Positions 1 to 12,109 of a stretch of DNA of 64,000 nucleotides are shown here, piece by piece. The DNA is taken from contig BQFW01000006.1 of assembly GCA_020891255.1 (NCBI GenBank), positions 310,001-374,000 of the forward strand, in the 5' to 3' direction. Within the stretch, counting starts at the first letter, position 1; every line of letters starts with the position of its first letter. The translations under genes and the position numbers were made by a program. The notes beneath the pieces were generated by a model. It made no database searches. It saw nothing but the letters and a program-made list of their open reading frames with translations, and was not told where the DNA came from. Source of the stretch: Entomortierella parvispora E1425. Taxonomy: Eukaryota; Fungi; Mortierellomycota.

Positions 1-295
1 GATAATTTTCAAAATGGATGATGATCAAAAGACACAAGGTGATACGAGTCCATCTGCCATCTGTGTTGATCCAAATGTCGCTCATATGCATTGTCACGGC
101 ACGCGTTCTCCTGAAGAACAATCTTTGACTAAGCACTGTGCGCGAATACATATCTGGGAAACGATTTTGATGGTATGGTCTTTATTGAGCAGAAAACGAA
201 CCTATATCAGGAGCTCTGTATTTCCTGAGTGCAAGATGAAAGAAAACAGAAATAGATCCAGGAAAAGAAACCATACGGAAGGGTGGCGGAGAGGC

Positions 296-727
296 CTACT
301 GATCATCTGTGATGGTCAAAAGAGGCTGGAATGCCTTGTCTGTCTTTTTCAGGAAGAGGGCATGATCTTGCAGATCGTCTTCAAGTCTTGACAGTTCGTC
401 CTCCATTTCCTCGCGCTCATTGTTCAGGCCCGTGTCTGCCTGCATCTGATCCTCGACCTTTTCCCTCAGCAGCTTGAAGGACCCCAGGCGGTCCTTGAGG
501 GTCCTGGCGAGATCATCCGCGGCATCCAGCTGGGTCCGCTTGCGCTTCAGAATGACCTTGCGCTCCTGGATCTTTTTCTCGAGACGGACCGTGATCCCAT
601 CGAGCTCCTGGGCCATCTTGTCGATCCGGACACGGAGACTGGCCAGGTATTCGTCGTCGATGAGCTCTTCGATCTTGGTCTTTGGCTCGCGCTTGTCGTC
701 AGTGTTGACTTTCGTGTTCGTGGTCAT
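296..727 (-). CDS. Hypothetical coiled-coil protein (about 143 aa)
   Basis: ATG at 727 (MTTNTKVNTDD), GC-rich coding-like composition, heptad-rich charged sequence (LRVRIDKMAQELDGITVRLEKKIQE), TAG at 296-298. Confidence 0.6.
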   Translation of the reverse strand: MTTNTKVNTDDKREPKTKIEELIDDEYLASLRVRIDKMAQELDGITVRLEKKIQERKVILKRKRTQLDAADDLARTLKDRLGSFKLLREKVEDQMQADTGLNNEREEMEDELSRLEDDLQDHALFLKKTDKAFQPLLTITDDQ

Positions 728-1789
728 GATGGCGTGTTGTCGTTGAGACTGGGTAGGTGTTGGAAGCTCTGGGGATGGACCTCTGATAACGAAAAGGATC
801 ATTCGGAGGCGGGAAGGAAGAGCAAGTATGTGCGTAGTTGCTGAAAGCAAGGTGGAAAAGCAGAAGAGAGAGTCTTTTTTTTTGTTTGGTTTTTCTTCTG
901 GGAGCGTTCCGGGTGGGATGAGGCAAAAAGGACTGTTTCATCACTGCGTCGCTGATCAGTCGCAAGTGAGCTTGCAAGATGCCCAGCAGGCGAACCAAGT
1001 TAACCATCACTGCTACAACCAACAGCCTTCTTTCACCTGCACCTCATAACATATGGGCATGGGGCTGACTCGACCAGAAAAACCCTCAATGTCCACGCCA
1101 AGTACCTAAAATGGCAGCATCTGTCGGTGGGCAGATCACACTGGTCTTCCGGGCTGATTTTCATTGCACCGGGCACTTTCCCTCTTTCAGTGAGCCCCAA
1201 ACCACCTGAGATTTCATACCCCAGTATCAACTTGCTGCAATAGCTTTGCAAAAGGAGCAACGGAAGGACGACGCCACCAAATTAATCAACCCGACTGACG
1301 CCACCAAGCAAGTCGGGTAGGATCGCCAATCCACATCGGATTTGTCCCGGCGAAAACTCCTCGGTCGCCCAAAAAGGTAAGACCATTGGAGAGGCTGAGG
1401 CAAATGTTTGTCTGGCGACGAGACACAGGGCCGATAGTCCCTCCGTCCATATTGCGCCCGTCTGCATGCATCTCCTACGTTGTTTGTTTCGGCAAGCTCT
1501 TCTTTTGCAATCCTCTTTCCTCCGTCCACGTCAGCCCTGTGAGGCCCTTCCAGGATCATGTCCGACCGGGATGACGGCTGAATTGATGCCGTCCCTGTTG
1601 GGGCAGTGCAAGATCGGTCCGAACAACTTTTTTCTTTTTTTTTTCGGGAATGCTCATTCCTGATCCATGCCGTCAATCGAGGCTGAGTTCTAGATTATAT
1701 AAAGGGGGCTGTTCGCGTCCACCCACTTTATTTTTCACTCCAACATTGTACCCAAGCAAAACAAAATAAGCAAGCACGCGCACATAACA

Positions 1790-3989
1790 ATGCCAGACCC
1801 ATCCATACCGCCCAACGCTCACAAAACAGCTGAGGTCCCCGTCTTGATCTCTGGAGCAGGACCAACAGGCCTCTTTACCGCTTTACTCCTCACCAAGATG
1901 AATATCCCCTGTCGAATCCTTGAACGGGACCTTCACTTTTCGCCTCTCTCCAAGGCCTTGGCGATTCATTCAAGAACTCAAGAAATCCTTCAAATGACAG
2001 ACCCAGAACTGATTCAACAGTTTTTGGACGTAGGTTATTTCCCTGAGAAAGTTCGATTCTATTTCGACGGTAAACTTGTCAGTGGGTTTGATATCATCCC
2101 TGGAAGTGAATCACATTACTCAAAGATCTTGTTAGTTCCTCAAGCCAAGACGGTCCAGATCTTATCCAACGCTTTGGAAAAGGCTGGAGGAAAGATTGAA
2201 TGGGGATGGGAACTGGTGGATACAAAAGTGGTAGAATCCATCGATGGGGACTCCTCGTCCTCCTCTTGGGTTGAGACGACTGTCCGAAAAGCTATTCAAG
2301 GAACGAACACAAGGGTGGGTGAGAGCACCATCCTTGGAACAGTGGAATTGGCAGGAGAGGATGAAGAGAAGATGTATGAGTACGAGACCATCAAGTCCCA
2401 ATACTTGATCGGGTCTGACGGAGGTCGATCTGCAGTCCGTCACAAAATCCAGATGCCCTTCCCAGGCAGGACGCGCGATATTCATATGATTCTGTTCGAT
2501 GGCACCGTGAAGAGCAACATCTCAATGGAACATTTCACGTAAGGAGGGGAGATGGATAAAAGAGATCTCGTTTTACCAATTCACGCACGACCTGGCTATG
2601 GGGCTGACCTCACAAGCATTTTTTTGTTTTTGTTTTTGTGATGACTCTTTAGATTTATCAGTGGCAAACACAACCGCACCCTCGGCATCTTCCCAATTGG
2701 AGAAAAGGACAAAGTCCAGCTCGTCCTCAAACTCGGGTCCTTGACACCCGATCAATTTGAGGCTCAAAAATCCTGCCCACCATCCATCGAGGCCTTCCAA
2801 CAACTCTTGGACGAATCTATTTCCCCACTAGAGATCACAATTCAAGATGCAAAGCTCTTGACCCATTACCGAATTAACGAACGAAGAGCTAAAGAGTTTT
2901 CATACAGGGGACGTATCTTCTTAGCCGGGGATTCAGCCCATGTTCATTCCCCTGCTGGTGGGCAAGGTTTGAATATGGGACTACAGGATGCCTATAATCT
3001 GGCTTGGAAGATGGGGATGGTCATCAATGGAACAGCACCTCCTTCCCTCTTGGATTCTTATGGGGAAGAACGACCAGCGATTGCCGATGAGGTTATCAAG
3101 TTAACAATCAAGACTTTGTTTATGGAATTTGGTGATGGTAACATGTTCCAACGAGCTCTCAGACGCGCTTTCATTACCATTGCACCGATTATCGTGCCTT
3201 TGATCAAAGGCTCTCCTCCTGCCTCTATGGTAAGTCCCAAGAGATGTCACGAAAGAAACCCTTGCACCTCGTCGCTTCCATATCTACAAGGACATTTTCT
3301 AACTTGCTCGACATGACCTCTTTACTGCATCTTTCTAGATTGGTCTTCGATATTATGAAAACTCGCTGAACAAGAAGCACAAGACACAGACCACGCCTTC
3401 AGGCACAGGAGCTGTGGGCAGACGCGCCCAAGACGGTTCCTTGATCCCATTGCAGTCGAAGACCAGCAACTCAACGATTACATCTGCAACAGAGAGCTCG
3501 ACGGCGACTCGACTTCACGAGCTTATGGCCAACCCTGGTAGCTTTCATATCTTGGTCTTTACTGGTGATCTTTGGACGGATCGACCAGAATCTGCTGATG
3601 ACTTGTCGAAAATGGCGGAGCGCCATCTAGCTCACTGGAGGTCAAAATGGCCGTCTGCAGCCAAGGATCAACATCAGTTTCGTGTTCATACATTGACCAC
3701 CCTCTATGCAACGACAACAGCAGCAACAGTGACCGGTGGTGCCAATCCTTCGATGGAAAAGAAGATGGGGGATGGTGCAGCGTACACGGATCTGAAAGGG
3801 CTGTTGCATTGTCGGTATAATGTTGACTCCAAGGTGAATAAGAAGTATCCTGACTCTGCGGGAGCTTTGGTGGTTGTCAGACCCGACTCTCATATTGCCT
3901 ACCGAGTCCAAGGTGTTGGAGAGAGCGCATGGAAGGATGTGGATGAGTATTTTGGCTCGATTTTGAGTCATCCGATGGTCGAGCAGTAA
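1790..3989 (+). CDS. FAD-dependent aromatic monooxygenase (FAD_binding_3 plus C-terminal thioredoxin-like phenol-hydroxylase domain), 3 exons: 1790-2538, 2653-3229, 3339-3989
   Basis: GAGPTG Rossmann motif, GSDGGRSAVR (DG motif), GDSAHVHSPAGGQGLNMGLQDAYNLAWK (GD motif), YGEER, VVVRPDSHIAY. GT-AG introns restore the frame. TATA-like TATATAAAG near 1697. Confidence 0.93.
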
Positions 3990-4216
3990 AAAAAAAAGCT
4001 CGAGTTCATAGTCTTTTTTTTGTAGGAATATGAGTATATCGATTTTATTGCTATCCAGTATGTCTATTCGATTCGAATTGTTTGTCTTTTCACCATGTCC
4101 TAAGTGTGAGCTCCCATCCACACATTTGAACTGGGATATCGTGAAGAGGACGGTTCTCGAGGGAGGGAAATTAGTGAGCACGTCCTGAGATACTGTACTG
4201 TAGTGGTACCAGGCCC

Positions 4217-4640
4217 CTTGGGTCGCCAGGGGGGATTTTTCTGAGAGGCGACAACTCTATTTGGGATATGGATCCTCCATCTCCATCTCCACTTTGTCGT
4301 CCTCGTTCCTGTGGTAGTCGTCGTTTTCGGGGTCTATTTCATCCAAGCTCTGAGCTCCACAGTACAAGCTACAAGCTGTCCAACAAGCCCCGCCAGCGCA
4401 CGACCTTGCCGTTATGGTTACCTCTGACCCATTTAGTGCCAAGCTTGCGTGAACGGTCACTGATCTGTGGTAACTTAGTCTACCAAGTCGTCTGCAAGGA
4501 TCATAAAAGAAAATCCGTCGAGAAGCCCGTTGTCGCTCCAGAGCGTCCTCGACCCTTCCCCCATGTTTCTTCAGACTGTCCATGGATTACGGCAGAGGAG
4601 CTCTTTTCGATAGATGTAGTGTGCACAAGGGTCGGGGGGG
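4217..4640 (-). pseudogene. Decayed, frameshifted and internally deleted copy of part of the phosphoesterase gene at 62784-64000
   Basis: The reverse complement aligns by eye to about 63080-63568. Examples: ccgacccttgtgcacactacatctatcgaaaag vs ccgacccttatgcacactatatctatcgaaaag; agagcttggatgaaatagaccccgaaaacgacgactaccacaggaacgaggacg is nearly identical to 63437-63490. Confidence 0.9.
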
Positions 4641-4716
4641 CATGGACCCTTCTTTTCTCAATTTCACTTCTGTCACCACACCCTGCCTTTCGCCCGCATC
4701 GTGAACTCAGTGCTTT

Positions 4717-5270
4717 GCCAACGCTGGATGAACGCGATCGCCAACGCTGGATGAACGCGATCGCCAACACTGGATGGGAGCGATCGCCAACGCTGGATGG
4801 GAGCGATCGCCAACGCTGGATGAAATGCGATCGCCAACGCTGGTTGGGCGTGATCGCCAACGCTGGTTGGGCGCGATCGCCAACGCTGGATGGGCGTGAT
4901 CGCCAACGCTGGATGAATGCGATCGCCAACACTGGATGAATGCGATCGCCAACACTGGATGGGAGCGATCGCCAACGCTGGATGGGAGCGATCGCCAACG
5001 CTGGATGAAATGCGATCGCCAACGCTGGATGAATGCGATCGCCAACGCTGGATGGGCGCGATCGCCAACGCTGGATGGGTGCGATCGCCAACGCTGGATG
5101 AATGCGATCGCCAACGCTGGATGAATGCGATCGCCAACGCTGGATGGGCGCGATCGCCAACGCTGGATGGGCGTGATCGCCAACGCTGGTTGGGCGCGAT
5201 CGCCAACGCTGGATGGGCGCGATCGCCAACGCTGGATGGGCGCGATCGCCAACCCCGGTTGGGCGCCATC
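4717..5270. repeat. Minisatellite, 24 units of 23 bp (two are 24 bp), consensus GCCAACGCTGGATGRRHGCGATC
   Basis: Units counted directly: 21x23 + 2x24 = 531 bp, then one degenerate unit at 5248-5270. This array explains the repetitive ORFs in the track. Confidence 0.98.
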
Positions 5271-5719
5271 ACGGGATGGAGATCTGACTGTTGCCGGACT
5301 GCCTGGCTCTCGCAAGGAACAGGACCCCAAGTACCACGTGGATTAGAAAGTTCAGGCACCAAATGTGTTGGATTAACCTAGTCTAGACTAATCAATATAA
5401 ACTTTCCAAACTCAAAATATAAAAGTACTGTAGCAAAGATCAATGAACGCGTGGAATGAGGGGATCAACAACGCTTGATGGAGATCACTGATGCTGAAGC
5501 GAAGTGCACAACGCATGAGAGCTGTCGCTGCACGTGATCTGTATTTTGCCACTGTTTATAACAGACCCATTATTTGCGCTTCATTCGACATTGCAATCAA
5601 ACCATGGAGGGCGTGAATGAGGTCAGGAGAAGAAAGCGTAACCATTAATCTGAAAATGGAGCTGACTTTAACGCGTTACTGACAGCCTATTTCTTCCCTT
5701 CAAAAGTCTGGTGCCTTTA

Positions 5720-7052
5720 CCCTGCGTCTAAATGACGAGGACATAGTGTTCCAAGGTGTGCCAGAGCACGAAAAGGACCCAAAGCATTGGAAAGTTCTTT
5801 GCCCTGGCTGTGATAAGAGCTATCACCGACGGTCCGCTGGTCGCCATTATGAGGATATTCACACATCCTCACCGGGCAGAAAACGGCCCAAAACAGAGAA
5901 AGACAGCTGTGAAAAAGGAAGCGGACAACTGAGGTTACCGATAACGAGGAGAGCGAAGAATTGGCCTCCCACACAGCTGCAACTGCAGAAGAGATGAGGA
6001 CCCTGACAGGGGATATCCCTATAGAGCTTGTGGAAACTTACCTGAAGCTGTTAAAATCCACCCCTATTCGGATCCTATCAAAATACTCAACACACAGTCT
6101 CATTGCACCGAGTCTTGATGTTCCATTTCTCGCGAAAGATTTGAGGCCAGCAGGCTTTACAGTCCAAACCTTTAAGTTGACCAAAGCACACCCGTCGTCG
6201 CTCCTTGACATTGACCTGAGTAAAGAGCATGACGAATTGACTGAGGTCGAGCTGACTTTGATTGAAGGAGGTGGTGAGCAAGGCAGAGAACGCTTGGCAG
6301 GGGCCATTATTTTGACAGGGAATTCATGGCTTGAAATTCACTGCCTTGAAGAGTACAACCGTGATTGTCATATAGACCCACACGCCGAGCCTTTCGCGAT
6401 CAGCCCGTCCAGTGCGCCAGATGAAAGCAGCGCAACACAGTACCCGAAGAGACTCAAAATAGTCGTTATACATGATGGCCATGGGAATCCACGCCTAGTA
6501 ATTGGAGTCAGGGGCCTTAATTACTTAGTCACAGCAGGTAAATTTGATGGGAATCTTCAGATCGGTCCCTCTCGATGTGGTAAATTTCCTGTGGAAGAAG
6601 TTACAGGATTGCATGTCCGACGTGAGAGCCAAGGGCACAATTTCAGCGACGTGTTAGGCCTAGCCCAGGTTCGCTCCTCGTTCGGGCATGTGGCGACTTT
6701 TTCGAAACGTCGTTGTGCCTTTGTTGGTCACTCCGCTGTTTCGCAATTGCCCGTGACGGTGTTCACGCTGTCGCAATGGGGCGTCCCACAGGCTACAGTC
6801 TTCCGCAGGCTCTGGGAACGCTTTCAGGAATCAGGAAGACCGATCCTGTTCTTGGACGACATGACCGTGTCCTGTGAAAACGAGACCCCTCAAGGAAAGC
6901 TCCTCAGAAAGTTGCGCTCTCTTTTTTCCAACAGTGGCACTCTTGACGTCTCCCTGAATCCAGAAGCGGACCGCATTCTCTACGAACTTGCCAATGGGTT
7001 TTCGAGCACGATTAGCGCAAAAAACAAGATCGTGCAAAGCAACAACTCCTGA
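5720..7052 (+). pseudogene. Zinc-finger (CxxC-x11-H-x4-H) hypothetical gene with a 1-nt frameshift near 5915
   Basis: WKVLCPGCDKSYHRRSAGRHYEDIH in ORF 5746-5997. gaaaaaggaagcgg lacks one base relative to the paralog (gaaaaacagaagcgg). The frame then continues into the 363-aa ORF 5961-7052. Confidence 0.6.
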
Positions 7053-7469
7053 GTGAATAACTTGAGTGGGATCAAATTTGTTCAACCGTTCATGAAAAAA
7101 TCATTCATCCCTAGGCGTTGTGAACAACAGAACACATTCTTTTTATGTCCTTCAACTGGCTGACAGTTGGCTACAATCCTCCTGAAAATAAAGAACACCT
7201 TGTGCAACAGCAAGTGAATGGACAGGTGATTGGGATAGAAAACGGAATAAAGAAAAAGTTCTCTTGTACAGGGCTCTAGAGACCCTGGCTAGAGGCTAGA
7301 GCTATTCTGTTGAATGAAATAAACCAGATTTTTATCAGCATGTGCATTATGGTGTAAGCTGACATTGTGAAGGGGAACAAGAGAGGAGACGGAAGCGAGG
7401 CTATGGAGACGACGACAATAGGAAGCTAGAAACAAGGGTGAAACGTCCGCTCTATGAAAAGGCACTTCG

Positions 7470-7650
7470 TTCGCACCAGGACTCTCGCAGTCAGGTAAAA
7501 GTACCCAGCCGATAAGTCGGCTCAGAGCCAATATCGATATTCCAGTGATGGGGTCTCCATCGCGCTGCGGTTACATGTGAACGCGCGAACTCGCATCCGT
7601 TACACAGCAGAGAGGGTCTTCGAGCACACCTTTCAAGGCTCATTGAATTG
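7470..7650 (-). repeat. Dispersed decayed coding remnant (HNH/Zn-like), copy A
   Basis: gtcggctcag..atcgat.ttccagt.at.gg....ccatcgcgc.g.ggttac is shared with 12817-12880 and 13870-13940. Stops interrupt a QFNEP*KVCS / RVHM*PQRDGDPITG frame. Confidence 0.7.
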
Positions 7651-7765
7651 GGAGGTGCTCAGCACTTTAGTAAAATAAGGCGTTGGCTCTTACGTTGTTC
7701 ACTCTGCGCTGTCACTTCTGTGGGCTTTATCGGGTCATTCTATCAGGTGACCTACATGGGCGACA

Positions 7766-8344
7766 TTGACCAGGGCGAAATGCAATTGCAGGAGCAACAA
7801 CAATAATCACTATGAAGCTCCCTCGATCACGCGGAGCTCTTATCTCCTTCATGCAAGACAAGTCACTTGCAATGTTGTTCAAGGTGTGCCAGAGAACAGA
7901 AATAATCCAAGACATTGGAAAGTTCTATGTCCTGGCTGTGACAAGGGTTATCATCGACGGACCTCTGGTCGCCACTATGAAGATATCCACACATCCTCAG
8001 CGAGCAGGAAACGGCCCAAAACAAAGAAAAAGAGCAGTGAAAAACAGAAGCGGACATCTGAGGACACCGATAATGATGAGAGTGAAGAATTGGTCTCTGG
8101 TACAACTGCAACTACGGAGGAGATGAAAACCCTCGCGGGGATACAGTACAGAGCTGGTAGAGACTTATCTGAAGCTGCTAAATCCCACCCTTATTCGAAC
8201 CTCATCAAAACACTCAACACAGAGCCTCATTGCACCGAATCTTGCATACTATTATCATTCGTCCAAAACTTGCTAAAGGGTCGATTTTATGGTCAAGGTG
8301 CTTGTATCACAAGTAGTGAGGGCAGTTCAGGACTGCATTATTGA
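7766..8344 (+). pseudogene. Truncated tandem paralog of the 5720-7052 zinc-finger gene, frameshifted near 8145
   Basis: WKVLCPGCDKGYHRRTSGRHYEDIH. DNA similarity to 5750-6120 continues to about 8245 in a shifted frame. Confidence 0.65.
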
Positions 8345-9106
8345 CACAGCAAAGTTAATAAACCGTGACGAAATGAACGCGTTTAACGTGTAGCTAGGGG
8401 CTGGTATTGCACGAAAAAGAGGAGCCGTTGCACCGCGTCTCTCAAAAGAAAAAAAGCGGCACCGAACGGGTTCACTGCAAAAAAGCTCTCACTCTCGATT
8501 TTTTTTCATTTGTTTTTTCCTGGACCAATTAATGGAGGCCTAAAGGGTCGTAAATAGAATCTAGGGACTTAAAGCGAAGTGTGAGAAAACAATGTCACCA
8601 ATAGCAGTGAGATCCTTGAGGGGGATTGGAAGGAGAAAAGAGGGGAGGTTGAATGTGTATTTCAGGCTCAGGATGCGTTCGATCAAAACAATGGACCGAG
8701 GAAGATATCTGAAAAAAAAAAAAAAAAAAAAAACGCCATATCCGCAGTTCCAAAAGTGAACATGTTGGTGCATCGACTTCAAAAAAAAAGAGAACCGAGG
8801 TGCAGCGCAGAGTGGTCCCAATCCCTGCCCAATATCAGAATATGAGATGGAGAGTATGTGGAAATCGAAGTAGTGGCTTTCCACAACGTGCTAAAGGATA
8901 TAATGTCAACGACTTTCTGGTCAACATGCCTTTTTTCAAAAAAAAAAAAAAAAAAAGGGTAACATACACCCATGCGCCAACGAATTGACGCCGTAAGGTC
9001 AATAAACACGTTTATTTATTTACAAACGACTTTGATTGTTTGATTGCCTTTTTTTATTGACAAGGGGCTTATGAAAAGACTTTGTTGTTTGATTGCAATC
9101 TTGCGA

Positions 9107-10128
9107 CTATTCTTCCTGGGGACCAGAGGTAGCTTCGATTCCAGCGACTATGGCTGTTTGGAAGGCTTTCGTCTCGTAATCGCCCACAAAGGACATTTTG
9201 TTGTCAACAATGACCATCATGCAAGGCACCGCCATGAACCCGGCCTTTGTGAAAACCTCTATAACCTCAGAAAAAGCCCGTTAGCAACGTTGACTATTCC
9301 AGCAAACCTTCTCCAATTCTTCCCCAGGTGATCGTTCCTTCTTATCACAGAGATCTGATTCCTACCTTTCTTAGCGTAGTGATCGACGCTGTCAAGTACC
9401 ACAGTATAACGCATGGTATCTTTCTTGGTCTTAACCACAGTCTTAATTTTTTCGACATCATGAGGCTGGTCTGGCCCAAAAATCGCATCGTTGTTGATTG
9501 CAATGAACGCAACCTTGCCAGCATGCTTATCCGCCAAGTCCGAGATCAACAATGCGGATTCCATGCAAGGAGTGCACCTATCATCAAAGGGCCGCGTAAA
9601 GAAATCAAGAGGGACACAAAATGAGGAGTCAGGAAGCATGAAATCATGCGCTCTCTTTTATCCGTATCAAAACCGGGACATTTTTTTTGCAATGGAGCAA
9701 AGAACAGCGTTCTCCTCTTACCAAGTAGCCCAAAAATCCAAAACAACAACTCTTTCCTTGCTCGAGAACTTCGGTCCTGCAAGGTATTGACACCGATCAA
9801 CCAGTTTCTTGACTTCCACGGTCTGTCCAACTAGTTCGCTCACCCAACCCTCTCTCACAAAAGCTGGTGGTCCATCCTTAAGATATTTCTTGAGTGCCTC
9901 ATAATCCTCAAAGCTCCCTTTCCTTTTCATGTACTCGATGGGATCATCCTTGAATCCAAGTTCCTTGGCATAGGCTTGGAAATTTTCAACGGCCGCCCAA
10001 AACTCGGCATCAACAAATTTCTCCTCGTACTTTGCTTCAAAGGGCTTGGAGAAGAATTTCACCATACCCGTATTGATACCGCTCTTTTGCTCGGCAGTCA
10101 GTTCTTGAAGTTCCTTAGTATCTGACAT
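9107..10128 (-). CDS. TlpA/ResA-like thioredoxin-fold thiol-disulfide oxidoreductase, 3 exons: 10128-9722, 9577-9366, 9258-9107
   Basis: Splicing builds VVVLDFWATWCTPC (CxxC split by intron 1). KVAFIAINND and the cis-Pro motif AVPCM are present. GT-AG junctions are in phase. Confidence 0.9.
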
Positions 10129-11818
10129 AGTTTCGTGGTTGATGACTCGCGCTTAGCAAGAGAGTCGGTAGTGGTGCCTGTGTTTCGTCGCCGAACGTAG
10201 TAGCTGACAGAGGAAGAAGAGGGAAACAGAAATTTTGGTTGTGTTCGGGGGATCATTCTATCCACCTTTGCTTCTATTTATACCCGAAAGAGCGTCCGGA
10301 CTGCATGAGGGTCGTTCTCCAGTTTTTCCCACAGGCATTTTGCTAATGTCTTAGCCAGATTATAAGAACTTGTTTAGACCAACAACGAGAGAGACTGGCG
10401 GAGTACCAATGGACGGAAGGCAAAGCACTGAAAGTTGACTCACTTGTGGCCTGCGCTATTCAATTTGGCCTTGATGCAACAGGTCGAATGGATAGAATTA
10501 AAAACTTTGGGGGAGGGGGCCTACTTGGATGCTCATTTACATTGTTACATTTTTTTTTGTGCCTATTTCGCTTTTAGTACCATGCAGGAGTGGTTTTAGC
10601 CAGCTATCGTCCATTTCTCTCTTATTATTGGTCCGGATTTCTGCACCATCGTCATGCACAGTGCCTGGCATGCGCGCCACAACCTATCCCACCTGCAAAA
10701 AACACATTAGCTTGTGCATTCAACACAGTGAATCCACTACAGTTCGGCTGTTGTGCGAGAATGCCCGGGATGGAGTGAGGGGTTTTATTTCTCACAGCGG
10801 ATCAGCAACACGCAAGGGTGGGACAAACACCAATTTTGGGATATGCGAGGATAAAAAAGCAAATCGGTAAAAACAGAGTAACGTAGGATAACCAATTGGT
10901 CAAATTGACAAATGTTGGACTCAAGGTTGAAAAGACCATGTACGAGAGCAGCGTGTGTTTGAAAAACAGAAAAGCCAACGAGGGTAAGAGTTGCTCACAA
11001 CCCCTGTCTGCTTCCAAACCTTAACACTGTTGGATATTTTTCTCCTTTCGAGGCGAGATGGCCCGGGATGTGAACTAGCGCATGGTGTGAGAAGACTGAA
11101 TGTGTGTCCAGCAGTGAGCGGGAAAGGCCCATAGGCCAGGAAGCGGTGCAGAAATCCAGAAGAAAAATTAGAGAACCTCGAACATCAATAAGAGAGCATC
11201 GAACGCAACAAGGGAGCATTGAGAGACACGCCGGGCTTTACATTACTGTATTTACCAGGACGAAAACCCAGACACCCAGACCTCGATGCTTGTTGAATCG
11301 TTTTGAAAAGGAAACAACCAGGCATGTTACTATCACACTGTCACACTGTTGGTCTGGTCAGTGACTATGGTTCAAATTGAATTATGAACATAGCATCGAG
11401 AGGATCATAGACAACAGCCTGACATATGCAGATATCCCACATCCCTTCTTTCCTTAATGAGCGAGTCCACGACAAAAAACCATGACCAACCATGACCTTC
11501 AATTCTGACCAACTGAATCGAGGACTGTATTATCTCCCACGATGTCCTACAAGCAAACACAAGCGCTCTGTTTCGACTAGAAAATATAAAGGTCACCACT
11601 GTGATCGCTTTATGCACAGTTGTTCCATTTATTAAAGAGACGCGCCGGCTGCTCTTATAGCTCGAGAAAGAGTCACAACAACGGCTGTAGCGTACCCGGG
11701 CAGAAGGAAACTGTTTTTTTTTTTATTTTTTTTATTTGAAAGGCACAATGTTGAACAACACAACCTGACAACACTACATATGTAGGGTCGAAAGTTCCAG
11801 AACGGTGCTGAAAAATGT

Positions 11819-12109
11819 TCAGAAAATGCAAATGCCGTAGCAGCAATCGCCTCTGTAAATTCCGATGCAAATAGGATCCTCACGGCCAGGGATTTTAACA
11901 TCGAACGTGTTGATGTCCTTGTTGACCGTGACCAGGGCATTGACGCCCTCCTGAGCCTTGACCTTAATATGATGACTATCAAGCCCGGCAGAGACCTTTC
12001 CTCCAGTGACCTCGAAGGTGACTGAGTTATGGGTGGCTGGAGCAGGTGCAGCTTGGCCGAGAGCGGCAAACAACAAGGCAGCGGCGGCGACAAGAATCTT
12101 GGATTGCAT
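11819..12109 (-). CDS. Small secreted protein (96 aa) with a Cys-rich C-terminus
   Basis: Signal peptide MQSKILVAAAALLFAALGQA|APAP; tail CIGIYRGDCCYGICIF; TATAAAA near 12297-12303 on the minus strand. Confidence 0.75.
   Translation of the reverse strand: MQSKILVAAAALLFAALGQAAPAPATHNSVTFEVTGGKVSAGLDSHHIKVKAQEGVNALVTVNKDINTFDVKIPGREDPICIGIYRGDCCYGICIF

Noticed and set aside
14-391. 125-aa plus-strand ORF
   Set aside because: Overlaps the 3' end of the better minus-strand gene and has no recognisable features.
1033-1676. Possible decayed gene or copia RNase H remnant on the minus strand (SDVDW...)
   Set aside because: Only a weak 5-residue resemblance, with no supporting motifs in any frame.
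4717-5270. CRISPR-like array
   Set aside because: Units are contiguous with only a 3-4 nt variable slot and no unique spacers. No cas genes, and the context is eukaryotic.
4268-5381. Repetitive ORFs (DRQRW / AIAPIQRWRS) on both strands as real proteins
   Set aside because: The 23-bp period cycles through all frames, so these ORFs are by-products of the minisatellite.
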